64,000 bases of DNA, taken from positions 758,091-822,090 of the forward strand of contig NW_005434652.1 of assembly GCF_000315625.1 (NCBI RefSeq), given 5' to 3'. Under the pieces are notes generated by a model. The model ran no database searches, was not told the DNA's origin, and was given only the letters and a program-made list of their open reading frames with translations. Positions 48,534 to 62,700 of the stretch are shown in pieces (the first letter of the stretch is position 1; each line of letters opens with the position of its first letter). This stretch comes from Guillardia theta CCMP2712. Lineage: Eukaryota; Protista; Cryptophyta. The translations under genes were made by a program, and so were the position numbers.

Positions 48534-51345
48534 TTATTTGTTCGGATCTTTGCCAGCTTTTTGCGACTTCATGACCTTGCTTTCAGACCCTTTTCCGCTC
48601 TTTCCATCGGCGCCTTCGAATTTTCCCACGATTTCGGAAACGAGCTTATGCGTATAGGCTCCAGTATTCTGACCTTGATTCTGTTTGTTTATTCTCCGAA
48701 CATGTGTTTCTGGTGTCAGCTGCCAATCAACTTCGCTGCCTTGAATTTCAAAATACTTGTGATCTCCAATGCCAATAGATGGGGGGGTGTCCTTGAAATA
48801 TTTCTCTCTCACAACAGTGTGGTCTTTGGGCGTCTGAAAAGCCGAGTTGGATCTGGGATAACATCGTGAGTCGCTGTAATTCTCTCCATCGGGACTTGAA
48901 CACGTCATGAACTCGTTGGCCTGCTTCAGAGCAGCAAGAGCAGCTGCCTCTCGTTTCCGAGCCTCCTCAGCTGCAATCTCCTCCTCCATGCAAGTCTGCA
49001 AGACCTTTTGCAACTGTTGGTGGAGGTTCTCGCGCTCTCTCAACCATTGATTCCTTTCTTCTTCGAATTGCACCTTCAACCCTTCAAATCCTCCCCCATC
49101 TTCCGCTGTACTAGCCCTATCTTTGTGGTCAGTACAGGAATCACGAGTTTGGATCTGCAAAGCACCTGGCAGAACTTGAAACTCTCTGATTTTGTAGTTT
49201 TATCTTGTTCTCCAATTCGTATATCCGATTATCCTTTTCTTGCAACGCATCCTGTAAGCTGTAATGCAAATCAGCGGGTAATTCCTCACAACACAATTTG
49301 GAATACCTTAAGATGCGAATTTGCTCATTGACTTTGCTTGTAGGAGAATTAGCGTTTTCACTTTGAACCGAGCTGGACTCTTTTGAAGATATCTTTAACC
49401 TCTCCAAAGTCCTTGTGTATTCCTTTTCTCTCTGTTCGTGCTCCCTTATCGAGGTTTCGAATTCCAGTAAAAGATCATCCTTTTCTCTCACCTTCAAGAG
49501 GGCATCATCGAGCTTTTGTATTTTATCTGCAAGAGAGTTCTTCAGGTCCATGACAGATTCTTCTGCATTTTGTCGCTTCTTTCGTTCAACGTCAAAATCT
49601 TGTCTCAGACGTTCGAATTCCTTCTCTCTTCTTTCTGCTTGTTTCACACGAGTCATATCAGATTCATTATGCTGAGACAGAGATGACTTCAACTCTTCAA
49701 GAGCAATTTCAGTCTCTTGCCGTTTTCTGCTTTCTTTTTCAAGTTCGTCTACTATCTCGCTTTGCTTCCTTCTTTGTTGACGAAGCTCTTCATTCAATAC
49801 TTTGATCTTCTCTTCAAGCTCCGAAGTTCTTTCTTTCTCTTGAGATAGATTATGACGAAGGCTATCAATTTCCATCGAAGTAACAACATTTTCACGAATC
49901 GTGCTCTTCATATTTTCTGTTGCAGCCTCGGCGTCTGCTTTTGCATTTTTCAAAGAATGCAAATATTCCTCCGACTTTGCTTCTTCTTCCTCAAGGCCCT
50001 TCTTTAGCTTTGCAATTTGTAGTTTTTTGACTTCCAATTCGTCTCTCAGAGCAATCATTTCTGACTTGAGGCTGTGATATCTTTCTTCGTTTGCTTCAGA
50101 ATTCTCACTTTCGAACCGCTGACGAATATGCCTTTCCTCTTCTAGGTCAGCGCGGATTCTCTCTAATTCCTGATCCCTCCTTTCGTCTTCCATTGATCGT
50201 ATTTTCTCTTCTTCAACCATTGCAAGCTTCATCATCTGGAGGTTCTTTTCAATCTGATTCTTAGATTCAGCGACCTCAGCTAATGCGTTGTGAAGCCGTT
50301 CATTGTCGTTCTGTAAGGAAAGGATTTGGTCTCTTGAATACGCTTCACTTTGCTGATTTTCGAGCTTTTCCATCAAGTCCCGACTTTTCTTTCTTTCAAG
50401 ATCAAGTTCCGCTTGTATTCTTTTCAAATGCTTGCTTCTTTCCTCCTCTCGTATTTGATCAGCTTCAATATTTTTCGATAGCGTCTGCTTAACTTTTCTC
50501 AATAAATCTTCGGCTTCTTCCCTTCGTTCTTTCTCTTTTGATAAAGATTTCCTTAGGCTCTCTACTTCGTTACATAACGTTTCTACTTCATTGCATAGGG
50601 TTTCATAGTCTTCTCTGTCATTCTCAACAGGTTCCTTGGAACGATTCCGTAGAAATTCATGTTCGATTATTCGAGTTACATTTAGCAGTTCCTTGGTAAA
50701 CAAAATTGTTTCTCTCAAAACGTGATGAACTGTGGGATTTTGCAGTGGATTCTTTTCTGTGTATTTGACCTGACTCACCTGAACTGTACTGGCTTTACTT
50801 TCTTCGGAATTCTTTCGCGATACTCCTGACCCTGCGACGTGCTGATCCCTGGAAAATGTATGTCCAATAGAGTTCTTTTTCGCGTCGAACTTTGAATCAG
50901 ACTTGTCTTGTTTACTCCTTGACGCCTTAGAAGGGATTCGACTTCGTGGTGTCACAATCACAGGATTTGTTTGAAATTTGGCTCTGTCAAACGGCGCTTT
51001 GTTTTCTGAGCTCGCAGAGGTCCACTTGAGAGTCTCGCTCTTTGGACGCAGGTCATGTTGAAGTTTGTCTTGTTTTTCAATCGAAGTGCCGAATAGATTC
51101 ACAGGGTTTGCACGCGGAAAAATGTTCTGAGCTGTGTTGATCGCGTCTTCTTGCCATTTTAGCAATCCAGACCAGGGGCTGTCAGGAGCTGATATTATGC
51201 TTTGAAAGAAAGCCCCTGCACCTGAATTTCGATTCTCTGATTCTGCTCCAGCCTGTGCACTCAATGGTCTGCTGGTCTGCCGGCTAGGCGTGTTCCTTTC
51301 ACCAAGACTTCTCTCATGAGGTTTGGACCCCAGCAGGAAACTCAT
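48534..51345 (-). CDS. Long coiled-coil protein of unknown function
   Basis: 748-aa E/K/R heptad-rich ORF with internal repeats (LEEERHIRQRFE, LEKESRKRQETE, FDVERKKRQNAE) plus 208-aa terminal ORF; first ATG MSFLLG at 51345. Confidence 0.75.
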
Positions 51346-52289
51346 GGCTGAGCTGCTTACCAAGGGAAGTGCAGCTATCACAAGCAAGAATCAACAGATG
51401 GTGGTATGTCTATGTTGACTAGCGATGCTTTTCAGGGCAGTTTTGCGGCCATGAAACATTCTGCAGGCCGCGCACTTCTGGCAGTGTCGGCCATGCAGCC
51501 TACAGTTACAGAAGGTGGGGGTTGACCAAAAAGGGCCTGGGGTGGTGATAGAGAAGTAGGGGTACGATTGTGGGAAGACTAGGGGTACCGCTCAGCCAGT
51601 TGCCCACTAGAACCTTTGATAAGTAAAATTTTAGCGAACAGTGTTTTAACTTAACTTCGAGAGTGTCCGGGTGTCCCGGTCCAGTGAATCCCGCCGAGTC
51701 TCAGTCTATTACGCCGCTGCTATCATACTCAGTGGCCGACCGTGCTCGAATCTCCTTCCAAAGTGCTTTTACTCATAGGTAAGTCAAAAATCAGTACGGT
51801 ACGTCAGCCTGGGTGACGGAGCACACTGGCAAGTTTCAAGTTGCTCAAGACCGAGTTTAATATACACAAACTTGACCGTACCAGAATTGAGGAGCACATG
51901 AGAGATAGACTGTATGATAGGATGTAAAACCCAAGCACCCAGACATGAGAGGACCTTAGCCTCGCAAGACGGCTAGGAAAGCCCCGCCGAGTCTTCAAGC
52001 CTTCGTCACAGGGGCGGGCCGGGGCCGGGGCCCGGCCAGTGGACCGTAATCAGGACTGAGAGCACTGAGAGGAGGCTTCGGACCGTCCTGACACTGTCCG
52101 ACCGCACAGGGCATACGGCGGTGGTCGGCCCGTCACTCCGGGCCACCGTAGTACCACCTAGTGCTAGTTCGATAGAAGCTGCGCGCGGCGCCGCCGCCAG
52201 TCACTGCCCGGCCCGGCGGGGCCCGGCCCGACCGGGCTGAGCTGCGGCAGTTACACTGACCGTTATGATGGGGGCCAACGAGAGCCGCA

Positions 52290-55200
52290 ATGAAGGCTTG
52301 GCGCCTGCTTTTGGCAGCGATCGTAGCCGCTGATTGGTCATGCCGGGCAGAGATTCTTGGACAGACAGCGAAAATGGCTTCCATATCATCAACGTACTCC
52401 CATTTTCAAAATGAGAAGAAGAAGTCTCGCTCTCTCTGCCAGCTTTCCCGCTTTTCGAGAATTCGTGGAGGATCCGGTCAAGACTGCCAGTCGGACGCGG
52501 GTGGTCTGCCAAGCATCTCGAATCAAGGACAGGGCGATGATATTACAATCCAAGGTACTTGATGAAAGACATGTTATACACTATTGCGTGATGTGTGTGC
52601 TTTGCTAAGTACAAGGTAAAGCAGATAACCTTGACGCGGAAAACTCCACCGCGCAGCTGCTTGAAAGACTTAAGCTGGAGAAAGATGAAGATGGCAAGCC
52701 ACTCAGTAAGAATGAAATCAAAAGAAGATTGAAGGCTCATGAAAAAGAACTGAAGAAAATGTCACAAAACAAGATTCAAATTCCGAAGTCACAGGTCTAG
52801 TTGTACAAGCTTGGTCTACGATGTTTTGAAACACCTGAAGGAGAAGAAAGAGGATGACGAAGATCTTGACCCTACACGGTACTTTGAAAATCGCATCGTC
52901 TCGGTTAACAAGCTCAAGAACTCGGGTACACATTCTATGAGCCGGTTTTGAACTCAATGGAGGCGCAGGGTATCGTTTTCCACCAAGATATGACATCACA
53001 ATGTCCCTGACGAACTTTCGAAAAAAATATGATGGGCAAGAAAAGCTACAATCATGCAAGAAGAACGGCTGAAATTTTGTTTTCTTGAAGGAATATAAAT
53101 CCAGGAGATCAGATTAGCTCTGTTGAAGAAAGGGTCATTCTTCATGTTGTTAGACTGATGTGTCCTTCTGAGAGTGATAGCAGGTTGCTGGTAGAATAAC
53201 ACAGAAAAGACAACAGGTGTGCTCGTTGCTTTTTTGCTATCGATGCTTTGATGGGCTGATATTCAACTTTGTTGCCAGGGGCGACTCATCTTTTATGATG
53301 TCCGCTCGGACGGAGAGAGGCTACAGGTGCGCTAAAGAGAGAAGTCTCCGCGAGTTGATGCGTGCATGGCAGATCATGGCGAGTAGTGCAAACTTCGAGA
53401 GCGAAGAACAATTTCGCGATCAGAATGAGATTTTGAGACGTGGAGACTTGATTGGAGTGGTTGGTCATCCGGTAGGAAAGATAATCTTTTCAGCTTTTGC
53501 GAATCGCAATCAATCCTTTATTTACAACGCTGTCTTAGGGATGCTCTAAAAGCGGAGAACTTTCGATTATAGCAAGAGAGGCAAATCTTGATTGGAAGAT
53601 TGTGGATGCTGAATATATTCTACATTTCAGCTCACCCTCTTATCCCCTTGTCTCCGCATGCTTCCTAAGCATTCCTTGAAAGATCAAGAAACAAGGTCCG
53701 TGTGTCCTGTCAATCAATTTTTTGGGTGGCTTATTTGATCACGCTTCAGATACAGACAAAGATACTTAGACCTCATCATGAACCCCAATGTAAGATTTTT
53801 CCAGATTGCTTCACTCAGGACGTTACCCGTGTACACAAGATTGATCCCCTTGCAATTTTTTGTTTATGAATAGTCGTTACTTGCAGGTTCGAGAGACTTT
53901 TGTTCTTAGAAGTTCGATCATTCAGGAGGAAATTTGGTCAATTGAAATCTATTTTTTCGCTGAAAGCCTATGACAGGTTCGAGAGTATCTCATTCAAAGG
54001 AACTTTCTTGAAGTCGAAACTCCCATCTTGAATACAGTTCGTCAGTTATGTACCTTGTTGTCTTTCTGAGGTGAACTCAGGTGCCTGGAGGAGCCAATGC
54101 GAAACCTTTCATTACTCATCACAATGAGCTTGGAATGGATATGTAAACTGAAGTCACATGTTCGCCTGATAACACAACTTGTGGTAGGTATCTACGAATT
54201 GCTCCAGAACTTTATCTTAAACAGCTTGTTGTGGTAACTCATGCACTCGTACTTTTCTCCCCATGACATGATTTGAAGGGTGGACTGGATCGTGTATTTG
54301 AAATAGGCCGTTTGTTTCGAAACGAAGGCATTGACATGGTAACTAAACACTGATACTTGTGCTGAACTCTACTTTTCCTGAAATATTTTCAAGACACATA
54401 ATCCAGAATTCACTACTTGCGAATTTTACATGGCATATGCTGACTATGAGGATCTTTTATGCATGGTGTAAATGTCTATTGCTATATTTTCTATCTCTGT
54501 GAGGCATGCAGCAGACCGAAGACATGCTTAGTAACATGGTGAAGAAACTAACTGGATCTTACATCGTTGTATACAACAACCAAGTGAGCAGATTTCTAGC
54601 AAGGCATGATGCGACGAGAGATTGAGTCATTTATGCAGACAATCGATTTCACGCCACCTTTCAGGCGTGTGCAAATGATTCCAGCATTGGAAGAGGCTCT
54701 TGGAGTGAAGTTCAGTGAGGTAAGTGGTTCATCCAGAAGTTTTACAATTTTGTTCATCTTTGTCCCTAGGACTTGGAATCAAGCAACATGAATACAATAC
54801 TCATGGTGACGCGACAATGCAAAATTTGTATGCTCTCATTGCAGTAAGACTTCCTAGGAACTTTGCAAAAAGCATGATGTTACTTGCCCACCGCCAACGA
54901 CAAACGCACGATTGCTGGATAAGCTTGGTGCAAATATGTTTACGCTTCAAACGTGCTCAAGTCACTGCACAGTTGGAGCTTTCGTGGAATCAAAATGTAT
55001 CAATCCAACATTTGTGATGGACCATCCGATTATCATGTCGCCTCTTGCACGAAACCATCGCAATTGCTCAGGTTGTGTGGTTACAGACAAGATCTATGAG
55101 TTTGCTTACGTATTAGCAGGGTTGACTGAACGATTCGAACTGTTCATAAATGGAGTACCATATACTCAGTCCAGGATCTCTTAGTCTAACCATAGACACA

Positions 55201-55675
55201 GATGGAGTATTGTAACGCTTACTCTGAGTTGAATGACCCAGTCGAACAGGTTCCCATGTTTTGTTTGTACTCTGTTTGTCATCTTCGTTTCCAACCACTG
55301 ATGTGAAATGGCAGAGGAAGCGATTTGAGCAGCAGGCGCTTTCACACGCCTCGGGAGATGCAGAAGCACAGGTTGTGTTACGATCAAACGACTGCTGACT
55401 TGAGTCCTGACACCTGCAAAAGTTGCTCGATGAAAATTTCTGCGTCGCTCTTGAGTGAGTTGGCTGCATGTCAAAAGAAGAAGTTGATGTCATGCTCTTG
55501 CAGGCACGGGTTGCCGCCAACTGCTGGATGGGGCTTGGGAATCGATAGGTTGACCATGTTGCTCTCGAACAACAACAACATCAAGGAGGTTTGATCCCCA
55601 CATCTTCACAGTTGAGAGCAGCTCAACCATGTTCGGCAGGTGCTTCTTTTTCCTGCCATGAAACCTCAAGACTAG
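52290..55675 (+). CDS. KARS: Class II lysyl-tRNA synthetase, eukaryotic cytosolic type, with bipartite N-terminal leader; >20 short exons
   Basis: [12 protein letters not shown] extension, [111 protein letters not shown]-stop. Confidence 0.96.
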
Positions 55676-56035
55676 CCATTACCCGTGGATCAGCAAACAG
55701 CTACTACTTGATACTCTAATCGTCCTCGACATGTGGCGGGTGACTCGCTCGAGTTCCAACTCAGGTCCCCCCGGCCGGGCGGCGCCGAGTCGGACAAAAT
55801 CAAATCCCGGGCAACTCCATGCACTTCTGAAATAGCTAGCCAACCCTCCTCCAGTTTTATGAAGTACGGGTGGGTAGCTAAAAGTATGGGTGGCTCACAC
55901 AAACACGGGTGCAAGACGAGAAAAATCCCAAAGCTGTAGAGTAAATACTAGGGGTCCGAAAAGATCGGTGTGGGTTCCCCTCTGCAGGAGATTAAATTAT
56001 GGGGGTGGGGGTGGGTCATGCAAGGAGATATCACC

Positions 56036-57447
56036 ATGGTGCGGCGAGTGCTTGTGATCATAGCAGCGATGATGGCAGGAAAGGGAGCGGAAGCCTTCGC
56101 TTTAACCCAGCCGCATCTTTCTCATCTTACAGTCTCTCAGCCTTCTCCCCAAAGCTTCTCGAAGGTGAGGAGACCTGACCTGATCTTGAACCCTTTTGCC
56201 CTCTGTTTGCGCTTTCATAAAGGGTCATGGAATATGCCTGGGCAGTCCAGTAGATTTGTTAGCAAACTACCGAATTCTTGTGCGGTTGTTTTACCCCTCC
56301 AAAGATTGACTGTGTTAGGATGGAATGGGTTGTTTTCTTCGTGTGTACATTGACTGTGTCGTTGATTTGATCAGGTGTGGAGGCCGCTGGTGCTGCGGAG
56401 CGCAAAGAGATCACTCCTCGCATTGAAGGATACAGACTCGATTGTTTCTCCTTTTGATCCATCTGTAGATGTGAGAATGTTTGCAATATCTTGCGGGAAA
56501 GATATGTGAAACTATTTTTGTAGCCACTTCTTCCAAAAGAGACTGAAGAAAGCCCTACTGACTTGGATGTAACCGAATGTTGCGTGCCAAGTCCATGTAC
56601 CTGACGTCTAGCTCCACATAGGGTCCTTTGCCTCTCACATGGGAAAATGTTGAGAAAGTGTTGGACACTATGCGACCCTACTTGATGAGTGATGGGGGCA
56701 ACGTGAAGATCGCGGACATCGATGGCGGGGTAAATGAATTTCTGCTTCATTGGATTTATGCCTTGCGAATTAGTCGCATGCAGAAGCTCTGACGGTTGAT
56801 TTATTCATAGATTGTACGTTTGAAACTTGAAGGTGCCTGCGGTACTTGTCCTTCATCTACCATGACAATGAAGGTATTCGCCAAAAACCACCTTTCATAT
56901 TCTGTTGAAATTCAGTTCAGATGGGTTTAGAACGCGGTCTGCGTGAGAAGATTCCAGAGATTGTGGATGTTGTGCAGGTTGATATCCGCTTTCCTACCTT
57001 GAGACCATTTCAGTCGGTTTTGATTTGCAACTGTATTCAGGATCTTGGTGACGGGGGCCCAGAACTATCTCCTGATTCAGTAGAAAAAGTCCTGGATACG
57101 GTTCGAAGTACGAGAGTGATTGAGCCAATGACTGACGTGTCTTGATCCACAAGGTGCGCCCATTCTTGAAGGTCGCAGGAGGCTCGATAGAGTTGTTCGA
57201 TTTGCGTGGTGTAGGTGGAATGCAGCCGGTATTGTAGTCGTTTCGAGTTTTCACAACATTGACCACCGTGAAAGGTAATCATTCTCAAGATGACCGGAAC
57301 CAGCGCAGCTCTACGAAGCGTCAAAAATGAAATTGTGCAGAGACTACAGGTTGAATCTTTGCTAACAATCATCAGCTCCGTTTCTGATCCTTTCCTTGGT
57401 AGCGCAATTTCATGCTTGCCGGCTTGAGAATTGAATGGACCGATTAA
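56036..57447 (+). CDS. NFU: Plastid NFU-type Fe-S cluster carrier (two NifU-C domains)
   Basis: Signal peptide ending AEA-F (complex-plastid motif); [40 protein letters not shown] (CxxC); second domain [12 protein letters not shown] lacks the Cys pair. Confidence 0.92.
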
Positions 57448-57801
57448 AAGCAACCCATGTTCGCACCCTTGTGTTTTTAATGATCGCTGTCGGCAGCTTG
57501 AGGAATATTAAATGAAAGAACTCTTCGACGGCTCTTGTGCCTGTGCCGCCACGGCCTGCCCATGCAGAAGAGGCTGCCCACGGCCTGACTGCCGTGGCCC
57601 AAGCTGTGAGCTGCAGTGCACAGCGGCACGGCCCGGCGCAGCAGGCCGGCGCCCTTGGGCCGGCGCATGACTGCCGGGCCCGCACTGCCGTCCGACACTA
57701 CCGTACGGTACTGGCCGTCGGCCATACCGTCAGCATTCCGCAGAGTCCGTGCCGGGGTTGGGCATGAGCGGGGATGAGAAATTTCTGGAAATTCTCGTTC
57801 G

Positions 57802-59667
57802 ATGCCAGGTCGCATGATTCAGTCGCTCAATCGTGGGCGACAGTTATGGAGGAGAGCGACGGGATGGGCGAGCAACATGGCAAGCAAGACAGAAGAACTT
57901 CGTTCCAGACCTCTTCTTTTCAGCGAAGGTAGAGTGTCGAGGTTGCACGCAAGTAGGAGGTGGTTCGCGGGAATGAATTTCTCGATGGCTGTATCCGCAA
58001 AGAAAACGAACGTGGGAATGTTTGTAGCTTCTGGTCTTGGAGCTCTCTCATTGGGTGTTTTTTTTGTTGAAAATGCACACATGGAAGGTTATCGCAAAGG
58101 GCATATGTTAAATGCAGATGAAACCAAAAAAGCCATACAGGAGAGACTGTCAAGAATCAGTCCTGTATTAGATGGCGCTGTTCTACCCTGGCAATGTAAA
58201 TCTTTGGCCAATTCAACTAAGGTGAGCTTCAAAATAAATCCGGGTTGTGACCAGTTCTTTATACTGATGACGTCGGTGTTTGAAATGTCTGCCAGTAAAC
58301 GGACGAGCGATGCAAAGCAATCTGTTGAAGGTGGAATGAGGGCCTGGGATGACGAGAAAACCTCGTCAGGCTTTGAGGTTTCGCTGCTTTGTACACACGA
58401 TCGAAAAGCTACTATCAGAGTTGTTATTCCTTGGAAGAACGCTGAGCTTCCCGAGGTTGAGATAGAGATGGAAGGAGGAGGATTTACTCGAGAGGAAGCT
58501 TTTGCAGTTGGAAGAATGATACACATGGGGAACCTGTCTCCGATGCAGAATGAGTTGATGGTTATGAAGGACATGATGACCCCCTTTGGGCCTGCGGTCC
58601 CATGGCCCAAGGCACAAGACCATTTGACTTCCAACCACAGTGGAAATTCAGTCGAATCGATCATATCACAGATGGAGGAAATGGGAGCTCAAGTCTTCCA
58701 CTCTCAGAAAGGGAGATGTGCAAACATCTCATGGGACTACTTATCGGGGATAGATGATATCAAACAAGAAGTCGAAGATACCATCATGCTGCTCATGCTG
58801 CATCCTGAAAAGTATGCCAGAGTGATCTCGGGAACCCGTGCAGATTCGTCGGAGAACAACCGCCCGAAGGCAGTGCTCTTTGAAGGTCCACCAGGCTGCG
58901 GAAAGACAACCATGTGCGTCTCTTGAAAGAGTTTTCGGTCTTCACTGATTGTCGGAGGGAGCAGGGCGAGAATGATAGCAAACAAAGCTGACATCCCTAT
59001 GATCTACCTGCCGCTCGAAGCTGTTGTGTCCAAGTGGTATGGGGAAGCAGAGAAGAGGCTCTCATCGGTGATAGTCATCTTTCTGAGGCTCTGTTGCTGA
59101 GAAGTAGACAGATCATGGACCTGACGGGCAAGCTGGCTGATCTAGATCGGAACAAAGGAGCACTTCTGTTCCTGGATGAAATCGAAGCACTAGCTGTTTC
59201 TAGAGATGGTGAAATCCATGAAGCATCGAGACGAATGCTCTCCGTCCTCCTCAGAACGTACCTGTGTTTGCTGATTGAAATGTTGTAACCTGTCTTGCCT
59301 CTGCAGGATCGATGGCTTTCAGACTAAGGACGGCCTGATTGTGATAGGAGCGACAAATCGAGTGGGTGACATCGACAGCGCACTGCGCAGCCGTTTTGAC
59401 GTAAGCATCAAATTCGATCTCCCGGATGAGCAGAGTCGCAAGCAGATCGTTGCAAGAATGACCAGACATCTAAGTGGTCTGGAGCAGCAGAAGCTTGCTC
59501 AGCGAATGGCTGGTTTCTCAGGCAGAAATATTCGTGACGTTTGCGAACAAGCAGAACGCAGATGGGCAGCGAAGATCATTCGGGGAAAAGCTCCTGAAGA
59601 TCAGCTACCGCCTATGGAAGAGTATATTTCTGCCATTCAATCACGCATCAACTCTGGTCTGCAGTGA
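57802..59667 (+). CDS. Single-domain AAA+ ATPase, probably mitochondrial
   Basis: Arg-rich leader, hydrophobic segment, WDYLSG..KQEVEDTI, NRPKAVLFEGPPGCGKT, SKWYGEAE, LFLDEIE, IGATNR..DSALRSRF, GFSGRNIRDVC; two to three introns. Confidence 0.92.
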
Positions 59668-59789
59668 AGTTTGCTATCATCGTGCACTTTTGTCAAAAAG
59701 GATTAATCCTTTTACACGCCAAACTAATTCGCACTTCAAAAGTTTCTCGTTGCTTAGAATACCGGTGATCCGTAATCTCTGAGGGATTC

Positions 59790-62700
59790 ACCATCTGCAA
59801 AGTAATGTTAGAGCCTGTATAAGTTTGGGAAGATTTCACATTCAACAGCTCGCAGCTGTACTTCCAGTTGTGCCAGACGGTCTTTAGGCACCTGCGGAAG
59901 CATTTTCAACGATCGTCACGTCAAAATGGATCAAACACGTGCCTTCGATTGCGATTCTCCTGTACTTCCCTTGTCTTGATTTACAGGGCGCTTGAGTCCA
60001 TCAAGCAGGAAGGATTGTCTCAGATCGGCTGCACTGCTCAATTCTTTGTTTGATCCGAGAGAAGTTAACGAACTTCGAAAGCTTGGTTTGTTCGTCAGTG
60101 CAGGACTGAATCTGTCATTGGAAATAGACGGCGATTTGCTGCCCTGTTTGCCTTGAAGAGCATTTCGAATCGACGCTAGACATCGATTCACGATCGCAAC
60201 GGCAAGCTCAACTAAAACAACTCAGAACTTTTGAGATAGAAAAGCAGGGGATACCTGAAGCATCTGATCTTGTAATTTCTTTTTTCAGAATCTCCTGCAG
60301 ATTATCCCATTCGTCTCCACCACACACCGAGGGAAGACAGCGGGCGCTGTTGAGAGCCTGAAATGATGTCAACGGCTTGCCAATCAAGCTGGAGATGATT
60401 TACCTGTTCCATGTATTTGCAAGCCCTGTCGATTCTTCCCTCCTTGGAGGTCAAGATAGTGGTAGCATTTGAGAGCAAGGCAATGATCTCTTTCTCTGAT
60501 GAAATCAACAGTGAATTTCTCTTCCTCTCCAATTGATTCGATGGAGAAATTGAACGCGCTGCTGTGTAGCTGGGAACACTTGTCGCAAATAGATTAGCAG
60601 CAGAATATGTTATGTCCGATCCTCTTGCCGACGTCAAAGAGGAGTACAATGGTGTGTCCGAGGAACTACCGAGTACTTCTTCTTTGCCATTTGTAGAATC
60701 ATAAATGTAGCCAAATCTCTGTTTGCTGTCAACAGAGGAGTAAAGATTTGGATTTGAGCTTCGGACATCTAAACCGAAAGGGTTACTGACAGTCAACTGC
60801 TGTTTAGATTTACGGAGAAAGCTAGTGGTAGGATCCCCTAATCCCGAGACATTTCGACGAAACGCAACATCTCCTTTTGAAGGAGGCGACTTGTCATCTG
60901 GATTGAGGTGTCAATGGACGAAGCTTTTCATTGTCACAAAACTTCCAACCATTTCCTGATGGAGCCCTTGGAGGTTTCCATGAAGCCTGTGTGAAGCCAC
61001 ATCAAAGGAAATGGTTACATTTCAAACTCCTTAAAATTTTCTTACTCCATTGGAGGACCACAGATTCAATTTCTCGCTATCTTCAGCAATGATGAAGGGC
61101 TCCTGAAAAGCAGTCAGGCACACTTCTTCAAGCTCATCACATACGTCTTGTTCGAGATTTCCAACAATTGCCAAACCGTCGAAAATTTTGAAAGTCAAAT
61201 TGGATGGAACTGTATGACCCGCTGCCTGTAAAGACTTCGAACCATCCAGAGCCTCCTTCAGATACTTCCTAGCCTGGTCACAATGGCAGTGAGCGAGTTT
61301 CAGTGTTTTCGAGGTCAGAGTTGAAACCTGTTGGTATCTTCCTCGTTTCAGCAGGTCTGTTCCAGTGGATGCAAGAGCTTCTATCACCTTGACATCTGTT
61401 GTGGTAAGCGGAGGGGGTTCGTCTTGATAGCGTGTTCTTAATGAACTCTGTTGCATTGCAATCAGTTGCGTCAGGATTTGTCCTCACAGATCTCTTACCT
61501 TTTCACCTAAACTTAGAAGCTTTTCGCCTTTTTGCACCGAAAACAGTGGATTCAACATCAATTCGACAACTCTTGGACAGACCTGCTCCTGGCAGACTCA
61601 TTGACGAAGTTGTGCTGTAGGCACCAGCTGAAGCAAAGATTGAGGGCATGAATTGAGGCGATAATGCCGATTGCAAGGGACTTGTTCCGGTTGCATGTAC
61701 TGGGTCTGAAAACGCTGGCAAGGATGCATAAAGCGGATCAGAAGACCTCTGCCCTGGAGATTTGCTTTGAATCCTGCTGGGCGATGGTAAGAGACCATCA
61801 GTAACTGCATCGTAGTTCCAGGATCCAGTGAGGCTAGATTCAGGAAGATTCGATTTGCTGCGCTCGTTGTTGAGCAAGTAGGCAGACATTTCTCTCTCAT
61901 CAGCTATATCATTTCTGTCAAGAACTGCCCATCTTGACGGAATTTCTGGTTTGCTAGGAGAAATCTGACAAATGATAGTCACTGAAGCAGTCAGAATTTT
62001 CATAGTCTTTCTTTGCCCCCCCAAAAGTCCAAGCTGACCTCTGTGGAAAGCGACCCTCTTGGAGAACAAATTGTCGAAATCTTGACAGTGTCCTGAATGA
62101 TCTGATTTGGTCCAGGAGGACCGCGAAGTATAGCACGACAGGCCTTCTTGGTTGTTATAGCCGCTCGCAGTGCACTTGATGGATCAGAAACCTTTTCCAG
62201 CACAACTCAGAATATCATTCTTTCAACCAAGAGATGAAGACAATACCTGAGCTGCCAATTCATATGCAAGCACTTTTGGCGTTCGATTATCTCTCATGGT
62301 GTCAGAATCCCTGAAAACATTGTCAAAAAGAGAACTCCAACAAGCAGTTTACCCTTGGGCTGGCATTAGGCAAATTTCGGCAATTATGCTTCCCCGATTC
62401 AAGGCAATTATCACCACTCGATGCTCATCAGTATTGAGAGCTGACACAATATCCTGTTTTGCATTTGAGAAAATGTAAATTGAAAATATCAGATAAACTT
62501 TCACATTTCACCTTTTTCAATTGGTTCTGAAAAGCAGATTTACGAGCTACAGTGGATAGAAACTGATCATATTCCAAGTCTAATGTCAAGCTCACAAGCT
62601 CTGGCGATACAGATTGCATGTTTTCAGCCATTGAATCATTCAAAGAATGTTCCGTTCGCTTGCTTTCAAAGTCCAGAATATCTAATTCTTTTTGCGATAC

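Noticed and set aside
51805-52020. Alu/SRP-like CAGCCTGGGTGAC and IS605/Fanzor-like GC hairpins
   Set aside because: Matches are short, with no SRP helix-8 motif and no RuvC ORF nearby.
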